DNA from: Opitutales bacterium
GTDB taxonomy: Bacteria; Verrucomicrobiota; Verrucomicrobiia; Opitutales; UBA2987
Reading direction: 5' to 3'
DNA length: 64,000 bases
NCBI GenBank assembly: GCA_965226885.1
Contig: CBDDEL010000013.1
Coordinates: 32,001 to 96,000, forward strand
In this document: one piece after another, positions 32,945 through 46,900 of the stretch
Layout of the letters: every line of letters begins with the position of its first letter
Numbering within the stretch: position 1 is the stretch's first letter
Program-made: the position numbers and the translations under genes
The notes under the pieces: model-generated
Told to the model about the DNA's origin: nothing
The model's input: only the letters and a program-made list of their open reading frames with translations
Databases searched by the model: none

Positions 32945-35900
32945 ATGAAAAAGTCACTACAACAGGCAACTCCTTGGCTCCTGCTTGGCATAGGCCTCGG
33001 CTTGGGAGTCATGCAGCCAGCCCTCCACGGGAACGGCAACCAGACACTCAGCGCGGGCCAGTCACACACCTTGGTCATCGGCGAAAACGATACCATGTGG
33101 GGCTGGGGCGGCAATGCCTCCGGCCAACTGGGCGACGGCACAACCATCGATAAACTGCAGCCCGCCCGCATCGGGGCCGAAACCGACTGGCGCTATGTCA
33201 GCGCTGGCGAAACCCACTCCGCAGCCATCGCTGTGGACGGCAGCTTATGGACTTGGGGCGCAAACAATTTTGGACAACTGGGCACGGGAGACAACGAAAA
33301 CAGCCTAACCCCCGTGCGGGTGGGAACCTTCAGCGATTGGACGCATGTTTCCGCGGGGTCGAACTTCACAGTGGGGATTCGTAGTTCCGGCCAGGCTGGC
33401 AAGGCGTTCGTTTGGGGCTCCAACGACCTCGGGCAATTGGCCCGCAGCCCGGCCGCCACACCCCAGTCCTCCGAACCGCTGGCGGTGGACGAAGATGAAG
33501 ATCGGTATTACGTGGCCATATCCGCCGGGGTTGGCCATGTCCTGGCCATACGGGCCTCGGGCATTCTGACAGCCTGGGGAAATAACGGTTCCGCCCAATT
33601 GGGCTTGGGGATAGCGCCCGGCCTGCCCATAATCAACGTCACAGAGGTAGGCAATTCATTCTTTCCCTGGGTCTCGATTTCGGCCGCAAATTCTTCATCT
33701 TTCGCCATTGATGCAAGCGGCAACCTCTATGCCTGGGGCTTCAGCGGCGCTCCCTTTTTAGGGCTGGGGTACCACTGTCTCCTCGGCCTTAAGCCCCACC
33801 CAAGTGGGCACAGAGTCGAATTGGGGCGGAGTCGATGCCAGTTCCACACACGTTCTTGCCCTGAAAACCGATGGGGCCCTCTGGGGATGGGGCCTGAACG
33901 ACTCTATCCAACTGGGTTTGCCCACTTTAGATGTCGCCCAGCAGCCTATTTTTGAAAATCAGATAAAGTTTGCGCCGGTTCAGCTCGGTTCCCTGACCAA
34001 TTGGACGGCAGCCGCGGCGGGCGACAGTTTTACCGCCCTGAGCGATGACATTGGCATTGTCTTTACTTCGGGGACCAACGACCAGGGGTAATTGGGCGAC
34101 AATACCATTATGCAAACGCTTCTAGATACGGACGGCTTCGGCGGATCGTTTTTCGGCATTCCCGACATCACCATCGATGCCATCCTCGTCAATCCTGACA
34201 ATCCCACACCCGGCGGGATCGTTAATGTGAACATATTTCTGCTCAACGTGGGCACAAAAACGATTCCGGAAAACTCCGGCATAGAAATCGAACTGCGGTT
34301 TAGCGAAGATAACATTTTCGACGGCGGCGACATCGCACTAGCCCGGATATTTCATGAAGGGTAAAGTTTGGCTCGTTATTGCTATTGGAGATGGATTTCT
34401 TTGTATTTTGAGCAGATCGTCTTGATTTTTAGGTGTTTTTCAGGGTGTAGAGACACTGCCCCCTTTCCCCCATTGGTTCGGTAGTGCCGGGGGCAGCACC
34501 AATGCACCCTTTAGGTTGGCACCAATCGGCGGGCCGCATGGTTGAAAAGACTGGCCCAAGGATAACTCTCACTTAGGTGAAAGTGAATCGTTCGGGTGTT
34601 GCGCACGATGACCGCTCCGATCTTGATTAATTTGAGCCGCAGGGTGTGGCATTGGGCCCGCGCCCACTTCGTCCCTTTTAAGGCTAACCGGCGCATGGCT
34701 TCCATCAAGGTGTAGGCCAGCGCCGACAAGAGCAATCGCCACTGATTGGCCCACCATTGATGGGCGCTGGTGCGCTCGCTGAACAATTGCATCTGTTCCT
34801 TGATTCGGTTCTCCATTTCACCGCGGCCACAGTATACCTTGTCGTAAAGCTCCTGGGGATCGCCCGGCAGGTTCGTCACCACGAAGCGCGGGTTGGACCC
34901 CTGTGCGGTGTGTTCGGCTTTATGGATGACCAACCGCAGCCATCGCCACGAATCGGCAGCATAGACGAAGTCCTGGAATAACCGTTGTTTTTTACCCCTT
35001 AGTTCGAACCCTTAGTTCGAACCATTCTTTGGCCTGCTTTTGCAACTGCTGGGCGTCTTGCTGCAAGCGTGCATTGCGAGCCATCCCCACGATGTAACTA
35101 ACTTCGTTGCGGTCGCACCAAGAGAGTATCCGGTCTCGACAAAATCCACTGTCGGCGCGCCAAATAATCCGCGTACGGGGCCAGCTTTGGCGCATCCGTT
35201 TAACCAGCAATTTGAGGATGGCCCCGGCATGCTTGCTGGCATCGATCTTGCTCGGCCGCAGGTAGGCCACCAGCAGCTGATCACCGCAAAAAACATATAG
35301 CGGCAGAAAACAGTAATGATCATAATAACCGTGGAAAAAACGTCCCTCCTGGAGCCCGTGCACCGGATTGTCGGTGGCGTCAAAGTCCAGGATGATCTCT
35401 TCGGGTTCCTCGGCAAAGGAGCCCATGAACTGTTCGACCAACAGCTCGTTTACCGCAAAGGCCGCCCGCCGATCCTGCCCGTTTTCAAAACGACACAAAG
35501 TCGGCGCGCTGGCCAACGTTTCAATGCGCCCCGTTACCGTTTGCAACAATGGATCGTGGCGCAGGGTATCAAAGTCGTTCAAATCCTCATAGCCCGCCAC
35601 CAGCCCGTAAACGCGCTGCCGCAGCATCCCCAATACCTCATGGCGTACTTTGCCCTTCTGCCGTTTGTCCACTAACTGTCGGGCCGCTCGTTCGGTCAAG
35701 CCCAACTGCCGATCCACTTCCCGGATCAGAAGCAGTCCGGCATCCGAAGTAACCTCTCCGCCCTTGAAATCAACCCGCACACGGCGGCCTTTTACCCTTG
35801 TCAACTGTAGCTTTAATTGTTTACCTTTTGTCATCGCTGATATTGCTTTAATTATTGATCTATCCTGCTGTATATCAGCAGTTAAGCATATCAACGATAC

Positions 35901-38900
35901 TTTTTTTGCGAAATATCCGGGCTAGTAACTTCCGGGGGCGGCCCCATTGTGACCAATGGCGCCATCGGCAGCGGTTTGGGGTTGACGGTGAATGCTGAGG
36001 TCGTTTTGCCCGCCGTCGTCAATGCCGGCACCTATTTCATCGTGGGCCGGGCTGATACCACCGATACGGTCAACGAGACTGAAGAGGAAAACAACGACGG
36101 GGCCATTGCCGAGGCCCTCGAATTCAGGCCCGACCTTATAATTGCGGTGACCAGCCTCGATCTCAGCGGCGCCCCCTTTCTGGGTGAATCCGAAGTCAAT
36201 TTCATTTTACAGGTTTCCAATGATGGCAATGGCCGGCTGTCCGCAGGGGAGGATGGCGATTTCGACATCAGGCTGCTGCTTTCAGAAAACGGGATTCCCG
36301 ACGATACTGGGGACATCGTCCTGATTGAAGAACTCAATATAGAGGGCGGAATTAATGCCGGGGGCGCAATCCCCATACCCGTAACCGTCAAGCTGCCGCG
36401 CGCCTTGCCGGTGGGATTTTACCGAATTATCGCCGAAGTTGATGTCAATGATGATATTGACGAATTTGCCGATGACGGCGAGGGCAACAATGTCGGCGAG
36501 GACAACAATGTATTTATACCGGAAAGCTCTGAAATCGAGGTGACCGGGATCGACCTGACAGAGGCGCTGGACAATCCGGACCTCGAAGGTCCCATTCAGT
36601 TCACGACCGGAGGGGACGGCTCCTGGTATGGCCAGGATAAAGATATCTTTACCGGCCCGGGTGCTCCCGTGGATAATGATGACGCCGCCGAAAGTCCGCC
36701 CTTACTGGAGGGAGAAACGGCCTTTTTTGAAGCCACCGTGCCCGGGCCCAGCCGCATTTCCTTCTTCTGGCAAGCCAATACCAACAGCCCGGATAATTTC
36801 CTCTCTTTCAGTGTCGATGGCGCCGAGCAGGAAGATGGACGCATCTTTGGCGACAATCCCTTTGAGCGCGTAACCTTCACCCTGCCGGCTTTGAACAATA
36901 AAGTGCGGTGGACCTTTCATCAGGGAACTCCCTTTAATGAAGACCCCGCCGTCGATATAGGGAGGGTGGACGGCGTCGAGTTGATTGCCCTGGAGGGCAA
37001 AGACATTGTCATGGTAAGCACCAGCTTCACCCCGGGCGTCCTTGTCCCGCTGCAGAACCGGCTGCCGGTTACGGTATTGGGGAGCAACCAGGGTCAGATC
37101 GTGACGGAAGATTTTGAAGTAACCGTCACCCTCTCGCTTGATCGCGATCCCGATACCGAGGAGGGGGATGTCGTACTGGGAACCCTGGAACGTTTTCCGG
37201 AACTCGATGCCGACGACAGGTTCGGCTATTTCGCCTCACTGGAAATCGGGGCCAACATACCGGCCGGCAATTATTTCCTCATCGTTCAGTTGGACAGCGG
37301 CAATATCATCGATGAAATTAATGAGGAAAACAATTTCTTCATCTCCGATAGCGCGGACCTGATCATCGAGCCGCGGCCCGACATCGTCCCCGTCACCCTC
37401 GACTTTAATCCTCGATTTCCGATCCCTCCGCTACAGCCCGATCCCACCGTGGCGGTCGATCCTGATCCCTATTTCTTTCTTTATGGTGAAAAACTGGAAT
37501 TCGATTTCCAGATTATAAACGAGGGTCTGGCCGATGTTCCGACCGATCCAACCACCGGGCAGCCGACCCCCTTCAACCTGGATGTCGTTCTTTCGGCTGA
37601 CACCGACTTCGGGACGGCCGGCGATTTCACGGTTGTGTCCATTACGGAAACCCTGGGTTTGCCGGTGGGGCAGACACGCAATTATCATGTGACCGTTGAA
37701 ATCCAGCCGGATACCCCCACCGGACAGCGTTTCTTCATCGGGCTGGTCGTCGATTCCGGTTTGCAGGTCACGGAAATTCAGGAAATCAACAACACCATTG
37801 GGTCCACCGACACCCAATTAGTCATGCTTTCAGAAATCCCCATCGCCGAAGCGGTGGACGACAATGCGGGGCGCATTTACCGCAATGAGAGGCTGGACGA
37901 TGGCGACAGAAATTTTCCCTGGTTTGGCCAGTTAGAAGAAGCCTTCATCGTGCAGGCAGGCCACGACGCCGTGCAGAGCAGCAATATCGACAATAGCGAA
38001 ACGGCCACCTTCGAGGTCGATTTCACTACTGTCGGAGACCAGCCCGAGGTGATCAGCTTCGCCTGGAAAGTATCCTCCGAACGGAGCATTATTGTCGATG
38101 GGGAAGGAGATGTCGTTAAATTCGACGCCCTCACCTTCTACATAGACGATGTGGAGCAGGATTTCATTTCCGGTGAAATTGATTGGGAAGAAAGAAGCTT
38201 TACCCTACAGCCGGGGGCGCATGTTCTGCGGTGGGTTTACAGCAAGGACGGCAGCGTCACACTCGGGCAGGATGCCGGTTGGGTGGACTTTGTCCGCACC
38301 ACCAGCCCGGACTTGGTGGTGACGGATATTGACGTTTCGCCGGTGCTGGCTGAGGGAGAATTTCTTACTGCCGGGGCGCCCTTCGAGGTAGACGTCGCCA
38401 TCGCCAATCAGGGTGTTTCGGATGTTCCCATCTCGCCGCCTTTCCGGGTGCAAATCCGTATTTCCACCGATCAGCAATTCGACGATGAGGCCGATGTCGT
38501 GCGCAACGATTTTATCCTCGATACTTTCGAGATTGATGCAGGCCTTCCGGCGGGGGAAACCGTGGTCTTTAATCGACAACTGAACGTTCCCATAAACATC
38601 GCCCTGCCCGACGATTATTTTGTCGGAGTACTCGTTGACGTGCTGGGCGATATCGCCGAATCGGACGAAACCAACAACGAATTATTCACCCCCTCCAGCC
38701 TCTTGAGCATTCAGCCGACAATTGATTTGGCGACCTCGCTCAACGCCGGGGAATTCACTTCGGCCAATGGATGGCAGACGGCTGGAGATTCCACCTGGTT
38801 CGGGCAAAACGGTAAATTCGTGGATGCCCCCGGCAATGATTCGGCGGCCCAATCCTCGCCCCTACTGACCGGCCAGCGGGCGAATCTGAAAACCCTCATC

Positions 38901-40941
38901 GATGGACCCGCCATTGTCAGTTTTTACTGGAAAGTGTCTTCCATCGAGAATTTCAATTTCCTCAATTTTATTGTCGGTGATATCGAGCAGGAGCGCATTT
39001 CCGGCGATATTGACTGGACCTTTACAAGGGGCAGTTTTGCCATCAATCATTTCGAGGCGGAGACCCCGCCACTCTCCTTCGAGGCCTCTACGGCCGATGT
39101 TGAAGCCGCTATAAACCTCTTTGGCACGGTTGGCAGCGGTGTTACCGTGGCGGGCGGTATACCCTCTACGGAGGGGGCCCGAACCTACACCGTCACCTTT
39201 ATAACGACTTCGGCGACCAGACTGCCTTCAAGATCGATCCAGAATTTCTGGGCCAGCCCGGAACCTTCAGGGTTCTGGAAACGGTCAAAGGTGACGCCTC
39301 GACCCAGGAGGTGCAGACCCTGCTGCTCTCTCCGCATGTTGAATTCTTTGTTTCGGCAGGAACACCGTTCATTGAATGGTCGTACAATAAAAACAGCATT
39401 GAGCAGAAAGAAAACATTGAGGACAGCGCCTGGGTCGATCAGGTGGAGGTCGTGCCGGTAACACAGCCCGACCTGCTGGTGACAACCCTTTCGGTGGCGC
39501 CCGGAGAGTATATTCTGGACCGCCGGGATGATCCCGACCGGGACAAGCTGCCTATCACCGTGGTGGCCAAAAACCGCGGGGCCGACGTGCCGGATGTGAC
39601 TGAGATCACTCCTTCCGACATTGATGTGGTTCTTTCCTCCGACCGTGTATTCGGCAATGCGGACGACATTCCTCTGGGCATATTTGCCCGCGTCGAAAAC
39701 ACCAACGAAGGGCTAATAATCTCCTTCAGCGGCGATGTCGAAATACCTCTCATCACCCCCACTGGCGATTACTTCGTTATCGTCTATGTGGATTTCCTGA
39801 ATCGTTTCGAGGAATACCAACCGAACGATTTCGAACGATTTACGGCCACTGACAACAACATGGCCATCACGTCCTCGCGTTCCATCTCCATAACCCGCAG
39901 GCCGGACCTGACACTGGAAAACGTGGTCTTTGACAACACCAAGGAATACTGTCCGGAAGGGACCATCAATCTGGACTTCACCATTCGCAACAGAGGGCTG
40001 GCGAGAACTAATGGCAGCGTACCGGTGATTGAGCGCGTAAGTTTGTTTTCGGGCCTTCCGACAGTGTTTGGAACACCCGTAGGCGACTTGGTCAACAACA
40101 CGGCCGATGTGGAGGACACCATTGGCATTTCCGTGCTGGTCAAAGATTTGACCGAGGCCGATGGCAACCGGGTGGAATTTTTCGAATCGCTGCCTGGAGT
40201 CGGCGAACTCAATCCCAACGGGGGCGTCCTCAATTTTGAATCCGAATTGACCCTGCTCACCCTCGGCCAGATTTCGGTGGCCCTTTCCGACGGCGGTGAA
40301 ATTGCTTCTTTTCTCAATATTTTCACCTTTTACCTGATTATCGATATCGATGCCAGCGACTTGGTTGTCGAATCCGATGAGCAAAACACTTACGTGCTGG
40401 TCAAAGAATTCAAACTACGGGCGCCGGAGTTGGAAAATTTTGACGATTGGGCCATCCGCAACGGAGTTACTGCCAGTGATTTTGTGGGAGATCTGGATGG
40501 CGATACCCTGACCAACTTGGAGGAATACGCCCTCGGGTCCAACCCGAAGGTATCCGAGGCCTCCGTGGTGGGGGGAGTCAACAGCCTGCTCAATGTTCCC
40601 GGGGTGGTCCTCGTCGATGGAGAGCAATACCTTGGCCTTACCTTACGAGAGCAATACCTTGGCCTTACCTTACCTTTGAATTCAATAACTTTGCCACCGA
40701 TCTGCTCTTTACGGTCGAAATATCCAACAACGGCGTGAATTTTGCCCCCATATATTTTATTGAGCCGCCCTTTATGGAGATTACCAGCCTGACCGGAGTT
40801 GGCGGGCTGATCAAAGATACCCAGGTCTTTACCGTAACGCCTCTTGGCGCGACAACGCGAATAACGGTTCGGGATTTTGTTCCCATCGATGATCTTGCAT
40901 CCCGTTTCATGCGGCTCAAAATAGAAAAGGTTGACCTCTAA
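32945..40941 (+). pseudogene. Giant secreted RCC1 + CARDB-like repeat protein 1 (~2,100 aa reconstructed)
   Basis: Signal peptide; RCC1 repeats (WGWG.N..GQLG); CARDB-like repeats (PDL...G.Y......D....E..E.NN). Lesions: frameshift ~33770, TAA at 34089 in place of Q in GQLG, IS1380 at 34342, frameshift ~39200, duplications at 40620-40673. Confidence 0.85.
34342..35921 (-). mobile_element. IS1380-family copy 6; transposase frameshifted by a 13-bp duplication
   Basis: TSD CTAG (34338-34341, 35922-35925); 1580 bp; CCCTTAGTTCGAA twice at 34996-35021. Confidence 0.95.
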
Positions 40942-40998
40942 GACACGAACAAGATCTCGGCTACTCGTAGAACAAATTTTGGAAAAAGGGCAAAATAG

Positions 40999-43900
40999 AT
41001 GAATTCATATCCATACCGAGAGAAATTTCCACTCCTGTTACCTGGCTTATATACGGCGGTCTTGTCCTTTTTCCTGTCAACGGCGGGGCCTGTCCGGGTC
41101 GCCGCCGAGCCGCTGGCCGCCGGCATGGATCATTCCGTTACCGTCAATTCTCCCGGCAGCATGTGGTTGTGGGGCGGCAACAGCAAAGGACAGTTGGCCT
41201 CCGAAGACCTGGAAAACAGGTCTGAACCCATTTTATACCGGCCGAGCGAAGATTGGACGATGGTCTCGGCCGGCAACCACCACACCTTGGCTTTGCGCAG
41301 CAATGGCACTCTATGGGGCGTCGGGAGCAACGAGAATGGGCAACTCGGCCTCGGTTCCTCAACTACGGTTGTCGATGTGTTGACCCAGATAGGGTCCGAT
41401 TCCAACTGGACTGCGGTGTCGGCCGGCGGGCAGCACACCCTGGCCCTTAAATCCAACGGCTCGCTCTGGGCCTGGGGCAGGGGGGCATCGGCACGACCGA
41501 CGATGTCATTACATCGCCTATGCAGATAAGCGCATCGGGACAGGTATATGTAGCCATCTCGGCCGGAGAATTCCACTCTTTGGCCATACGGCAATCTGGG
41601 ACACCGTTTCCGCGGGAGGCACCCACAGTCTGGCCATCAAATCCAATGGCTCGCTCTGGGGTTGGGGTAGCCACAGCAAAGGCCAGCTGGGTTTGGGGCC
41701 GCAATTTTCATTAGATCATCTCGAACCGGAGCAGATTGGTGCATTCACCGATTGGCTGACCATTTCCGCCGGCCACCAGCATACCCTGGCCATTCGCGGT
41801 TCCGGCAGTTCCGGCACATTATGGGTCTGGGGCAGAAATAGCAGCGGCCAGTTGGGCTTGGGCGATGATGACAATGCCAACCGCGCTTTTCCCGAACAAC
41901 TCGGCTCCGCTTCAAATTGGACTACGGTGGCGGCGGGCAAAAGCCATTCCCTGCTGGCCAATTCCGGCGGCCAGGTTTTTTCCATGGGCAGTAATGCCAA
42001 AGGTCAATTGGGTGAGCCAGCAGCGGGTTCCTCCTCTGCCAGCCTGGTGGGGCCCCTCGTCTTTTTCGATCCAGGCCCCGGCGATCCCAGGCCCGACTTC
42101 ACCATCAGCAACGTGGTAGTAGATAGTGAAGGGCAGGAATTCACTTTGGGACAAACGGTAACTTACTCCCTGGACCTGAACAATGTGAACGAAGTCACCG
42201 ATTTTTTGCCGGGCGCGAATCCGGTCGAGATTCGGGTATTTCTCTCTGCCGATGACGAATTCAACCCGGGGGATGAACTGGTCGATACGGTCGATTTCAG
42301 CAACATTCTTGTAGGCGGGGCGAGCACAACCATCGACGATTCCTTTGTTCTCAGCCAGACCGTTTTAAAGGGTGTCTATTTTATCATATTTGTGGCCGAC
42401 GGGAGTGAAATTATCGATGAAGCTGATGAAAACAATAACATAGCTGTAACCGCCACTACTTTCGAAATTTTTGGCGATCCCGATTTTGAGGTCACTGGCG
42501 TGGACTTCGATACCCCGGACCCGCGGCCCGGAGGAGCGGTCACGTTCAATATAGACTTGGTCAACCTGGCCGGCAATTATCCCAGCGGCTCCGAATCCGT
42601 TCCGATCCAAGTCACTTTATCCATTGATGCGGTCCTCGGTAATTCCGATGACTTGATCGTCGGCACCATCTCCCTCACCACCGGATTAGGCTCAGGAGAG
42701 ACAAAAACCGTAAGCGGAGATTTAATTCTTCCCACCGGCATCCAGACGGCCGATTACGTCTATATATTCAATGTCAATCCATCATCGGAACTGAGTGAGA
42801 CCGACCTCGAAAATAATATATTTGTGTTGGTTGAATCAATTTCCTTCGTACCCGATTTTTCCATTCTCAGCTTGAGTCTACCCTCAAGCCAGTTATTTCC
42901 GGGCGACGACCTCAGTTTCAATTATACAGTGACCAATACCGGCGCCGACCATCCCGCCGATTCGGGCGATGTAGAGGTCGAACTGGTCCTGACTGTCAAT
43001 AACACCATAGGCGATTCCGACGATATTCTGTTGGGCGTTACCTCATTCAGTGACGGTATTGACTTCGGGGATAGCATAACAGCTTCCGATACATTGACCA
43101 TACCCGCGGATGTGCCATCGGATGTTTATTCTCTCTTTTTTCGGGTCAACAGCAACGATGTGCCTGTGGAAGAGATTTCCAGCGACAACAACGATCTTTT
43201 CGCCATTCGCGAATTCCGGTTTCTCCCCGATTTCGTCGTTACCAAGTTATTGATCCCGGAAACTGATTTTGCGCCCGATTCCGAGATTGGTTTCAAGATC
43301 ACGGCCCAAAACCAGGGGAGTGACTACGTGGCCGGTGGCAATGAGCCTTTGGAAATAACCGTCCACCTCACAAAAGATTTGATCTTAGATGACAACGATC
43401 TGGCTTTGGACGGAGTCATTGAAAAAGCCGGCAATATTGCGGCCAGCGAAAAATTTACCGACAGCATGGGCTATGTGGTGCCTTCCTCTGTAGTGGCGGG
43501 GGTGTACTTCGTGGCCGCCACCGTTGATGCCGAGGATATTACCCCCGAAATCGACGACGATAACAATACCCTCTTTTCGCAAGAGTCTTTCGACTTGAGG
43601 AGCGATCTCGAAATTACGGGATTTACCTTTACCCCCGCACCGGGTGGCATCGGACGCGGCGCCAATTTGATTTTCAGCGACATAACACTGGTCAACAACG
43701 GCGACTTCGATCTGGCCGCTGGAACCGAAATAACCCTTGAGGTGCAGCTGTCTCTGGATCGGCTTTACGGCGATATCAACGATATTCTGCTGATAACTGA
43801 TTATGCCATCACTCTGCCCGCTGATTTTACCGCCGGGGCAACCCTGGAGGTGGTCGCGGATGGCGGCGGCGATCCCTTTGCCCTGACCATTCCCGCGCAT

Positions 43901-46900
43901 ACCCCGATCGGCAACTACCATGTGGCTGCCAGGGTGGACCTTGCTGACACCATTCCCGAAGTGGATGAAAATAATAATATATTTTTCTCGGCCGATGATG
44001 ACACCTTGGTCGTCGGGAACGGCCTGGGGGAATCACTCGAGGACCATTTGACTGTTGGCGAACGTCAAGATTTCCAACCCCTGCTGGGCGGCGTCAGTTC
44101 ATGGTACGGGCAAAATATAGTCTTTAACCCCGACGATATCGGCATAACGGCGGGCCAGGCCGGGCCCATCGGTGATGATGAGGAAAGCTTCTTCGAGTTG
44201 CAGATCACGGTTTTGGTCGAGTCAGAACTGCTTTTCTCCTGGATGGTCGATTCGGAAGCCGGGTTCGATTTCTTGCGCTTTACCCTGAACGGAGACGAAG
44301 TTGACGAAGTTCCTGCTCTATCGGGAGAAGGTGGGGGCTGGCAAGACGAGCGCGTCATTTTATCCATCGGCACACATCTTGTCCGCTTCACCTACTCCAA
44401 GGACGATGAAGTCTCTTTTGGAGCCGACACCGGCTATGTCGATACGATGGAAGTCAACCCCATCGGCGTGGTCGAAGGGGCCCCGGACTTTATCATCGAA
44501 AGCATTTTTATCGATAAAACAGACTTTCAGCTTTCTCCCGTCGAAGTCGTTGATTTCGAGATTTCCCTGCTGAATCAGGGGGCCGATTTCGTGGCCGATG
44601 AAGACCCCGTGATAATCGAGATCCGCCTTTCCCCAGACAACCTCACATTTGATGCAGGCGATCCGCTAATTGGGACGGTTGAGTTCCCCAGCGGCCTCAA
44701 TTCGGGTGTTTCCGCCGTTGTCGCGGGCACTTTCCAGATCGATCCGCTGACCCCGGTGGGCGACTACTTCATCGCTTTCAAGGTGGATCCCGGAGGTCTG
44801 GTCCCGCTCGAGATCGATTCCAATAATACGGCCTTTACAGACAATCCGTTTGAGGTGCTGTCCTTCCCCGACCTTTTGGTGCTCAATGTAAACGTCGATT
44901 CCATCGACCCCCGTCCCGAGGGTGAGACAGTGATTGAGGTAATCATCGGAAATGCAGGTGACGACCTACCTACTGGTGCACAAGTAATTACTACTGAACT
45001 GCGTTTGACTACGGATGAAATTATAGGAAACGCGGATGATGTCATTATTGGCACTTTTCCCCGCAACGTGGGAATCAGCAGTGGCACTTCGGTATCCTCC
45101 ACGCCACTTTCCTTTACCTTTCCAGACGACATCGACTTTGGAGATTACCGCATTGCTGTCATTGTGGACAGCCCGGAAATCATTGACGAGAGCGACAACG
45201 ACAATAATACATTCATAACCCCGGCGGGTGAGACATTCACTTTCAGCCCCGAATTCGAAATGCTATCGGTCAGTGTTCCCGATACTGATTTGGTGCCGGG
45301 CGATAACCTCGATTTCAGTTTCAGTATACGCAACAATGCCGCCAATATTCCGGCCGGAGCCGCCAACCTGGATACTGAGATTATCCTGTCTCTGGACACT
45401 AATTTCGGCGACCCGTCTGACATACCGGTCACGGTGGAAACCCGGATCGACGGGGTTGATTTCGAGCAATCCTTCACCACTGCCAATTCCGTTACCCTGC
45501 CTTCGAATATTCCGCCCGGCGAATATTTCGTTGGTTTCCGGGTCAATCCGGAGGGAGCGCTGCCTGAGATTACAGTTGATAACAACGGGCAGTTCTCAAC
45601 CATTACCTATCGCATTTTCCCGGATTTCATCATCACCGAACTCCTTATTCCAAGTACTGAGTTCATCCCAGGTTCCGCTTTGGGATTCAAGGTTACGGGA
45701 CTTAACCGGGGCGCCATTCACGAGGTGGAGGTTAGTGATCCTGGTATTGTTGTAAGTATTGTCCTGACGCAGGACGATGAACTTGGGAACGCCGACGATG
45801 TGGTCCTCACGGCGGCGACACCCATCACATTCGAAGGCGACATCCTGAATGGAGAAACCCGCATCGGCAGCCAGGCTTATACGGTGCCCGACGGCGTCAC
45901 CGCGGGTACTTATCTTGTTGCGGCCACCATCGACAGCGAAGGAAGTTTTTCCGAAATTAACGAATTCAATAACAGCTTATTTTCATCGCAATCCTTCGAC
46001 CTATTCAGCGATCTTGAAGTGACCGTGCTCTCCTCTGACGATTTGCCGGACGACCTGGCTCGCGGGACTTCTTTCGAGGTAAGTGATCTGACCATTGCCA
46101 ACAACACGGACTTTTTCCTGCCCACGGGCACCGACCTTATCCTTCAATTGCGCCTATCCGAAGACCGCGTTTGGGGTAATATCGACGACAGCGTACTGGA
46201 GGAAAACCTGGTATTCTCACCCTGCTCACCGATCTCGGCCCGGCAGGCGCAACCGTGGACAGCGCGCCCACCGTGACCCTGCCTGCATTCGATGTGACCA
46301 TACCATCGAACACACCCATCGGCGATTACTTCATCGGAGCTTTTGTCGACCCCTTTGCCGCCCTTGATGAATCGGATGAAGGCAACAATATATTCTTCAC
46401 CGAACTGCCCGATCTCGAGGTGACCGGTATATCCCTGGCCGAAGCTCTCGAAGACCACCTGGACCCGGGCGACCGGCTGAATTTCGTTCCCGCCATCGGC
46501 GGCGTATCCGCCTGGTTCGGGCAAACGGATGTCTTTGAAACGGGGGCCGGAGCCCAGAGCGGCCAGGTGGGAGACGATGAAGAGGCCTTTTTTGAGGTTC
46601 TCATAACGATCGACGAAGAATCCGATGTGAGCTTTTTCTGGAGAGTATCCTCCGAAACCGGTTTCGATTTCCTAAGTTTCACCATCAACGGCGAACCTGT
46701 GGATGGAATTGCGCCCATCAGCGGCGATATTGCCGAATTTCTACCCGTCAGCACTCGTTTGGGCGCTGGCAGCTACGCTCTCCGCTGGACCTACTCGAAA
46801 GATTTTGCCCTGGAGGTCCCTGAGGATACCGCCTGGGTGGATTCACTGACCATCGCCCCGGTGGCCATTCCGCCAGATCCGCCCGACTTCGAACTGACAC

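Noticed and set aside
34089..34091. In-frame TAA as possible recoding or an alternative genetic code
   Set aside because: TAA ends many normal genes here; this is a single CAA>TAA change in a gene with several other lesions.
41446..41670. Near-repeat of ...AAATCCAAyGGCTCGCTCTGGG... suggesting DGR template/variable repeats
   Set aside because: Explained by RCC1 repeats; differences are not adenine-specific and no reverse transcriptase is present.
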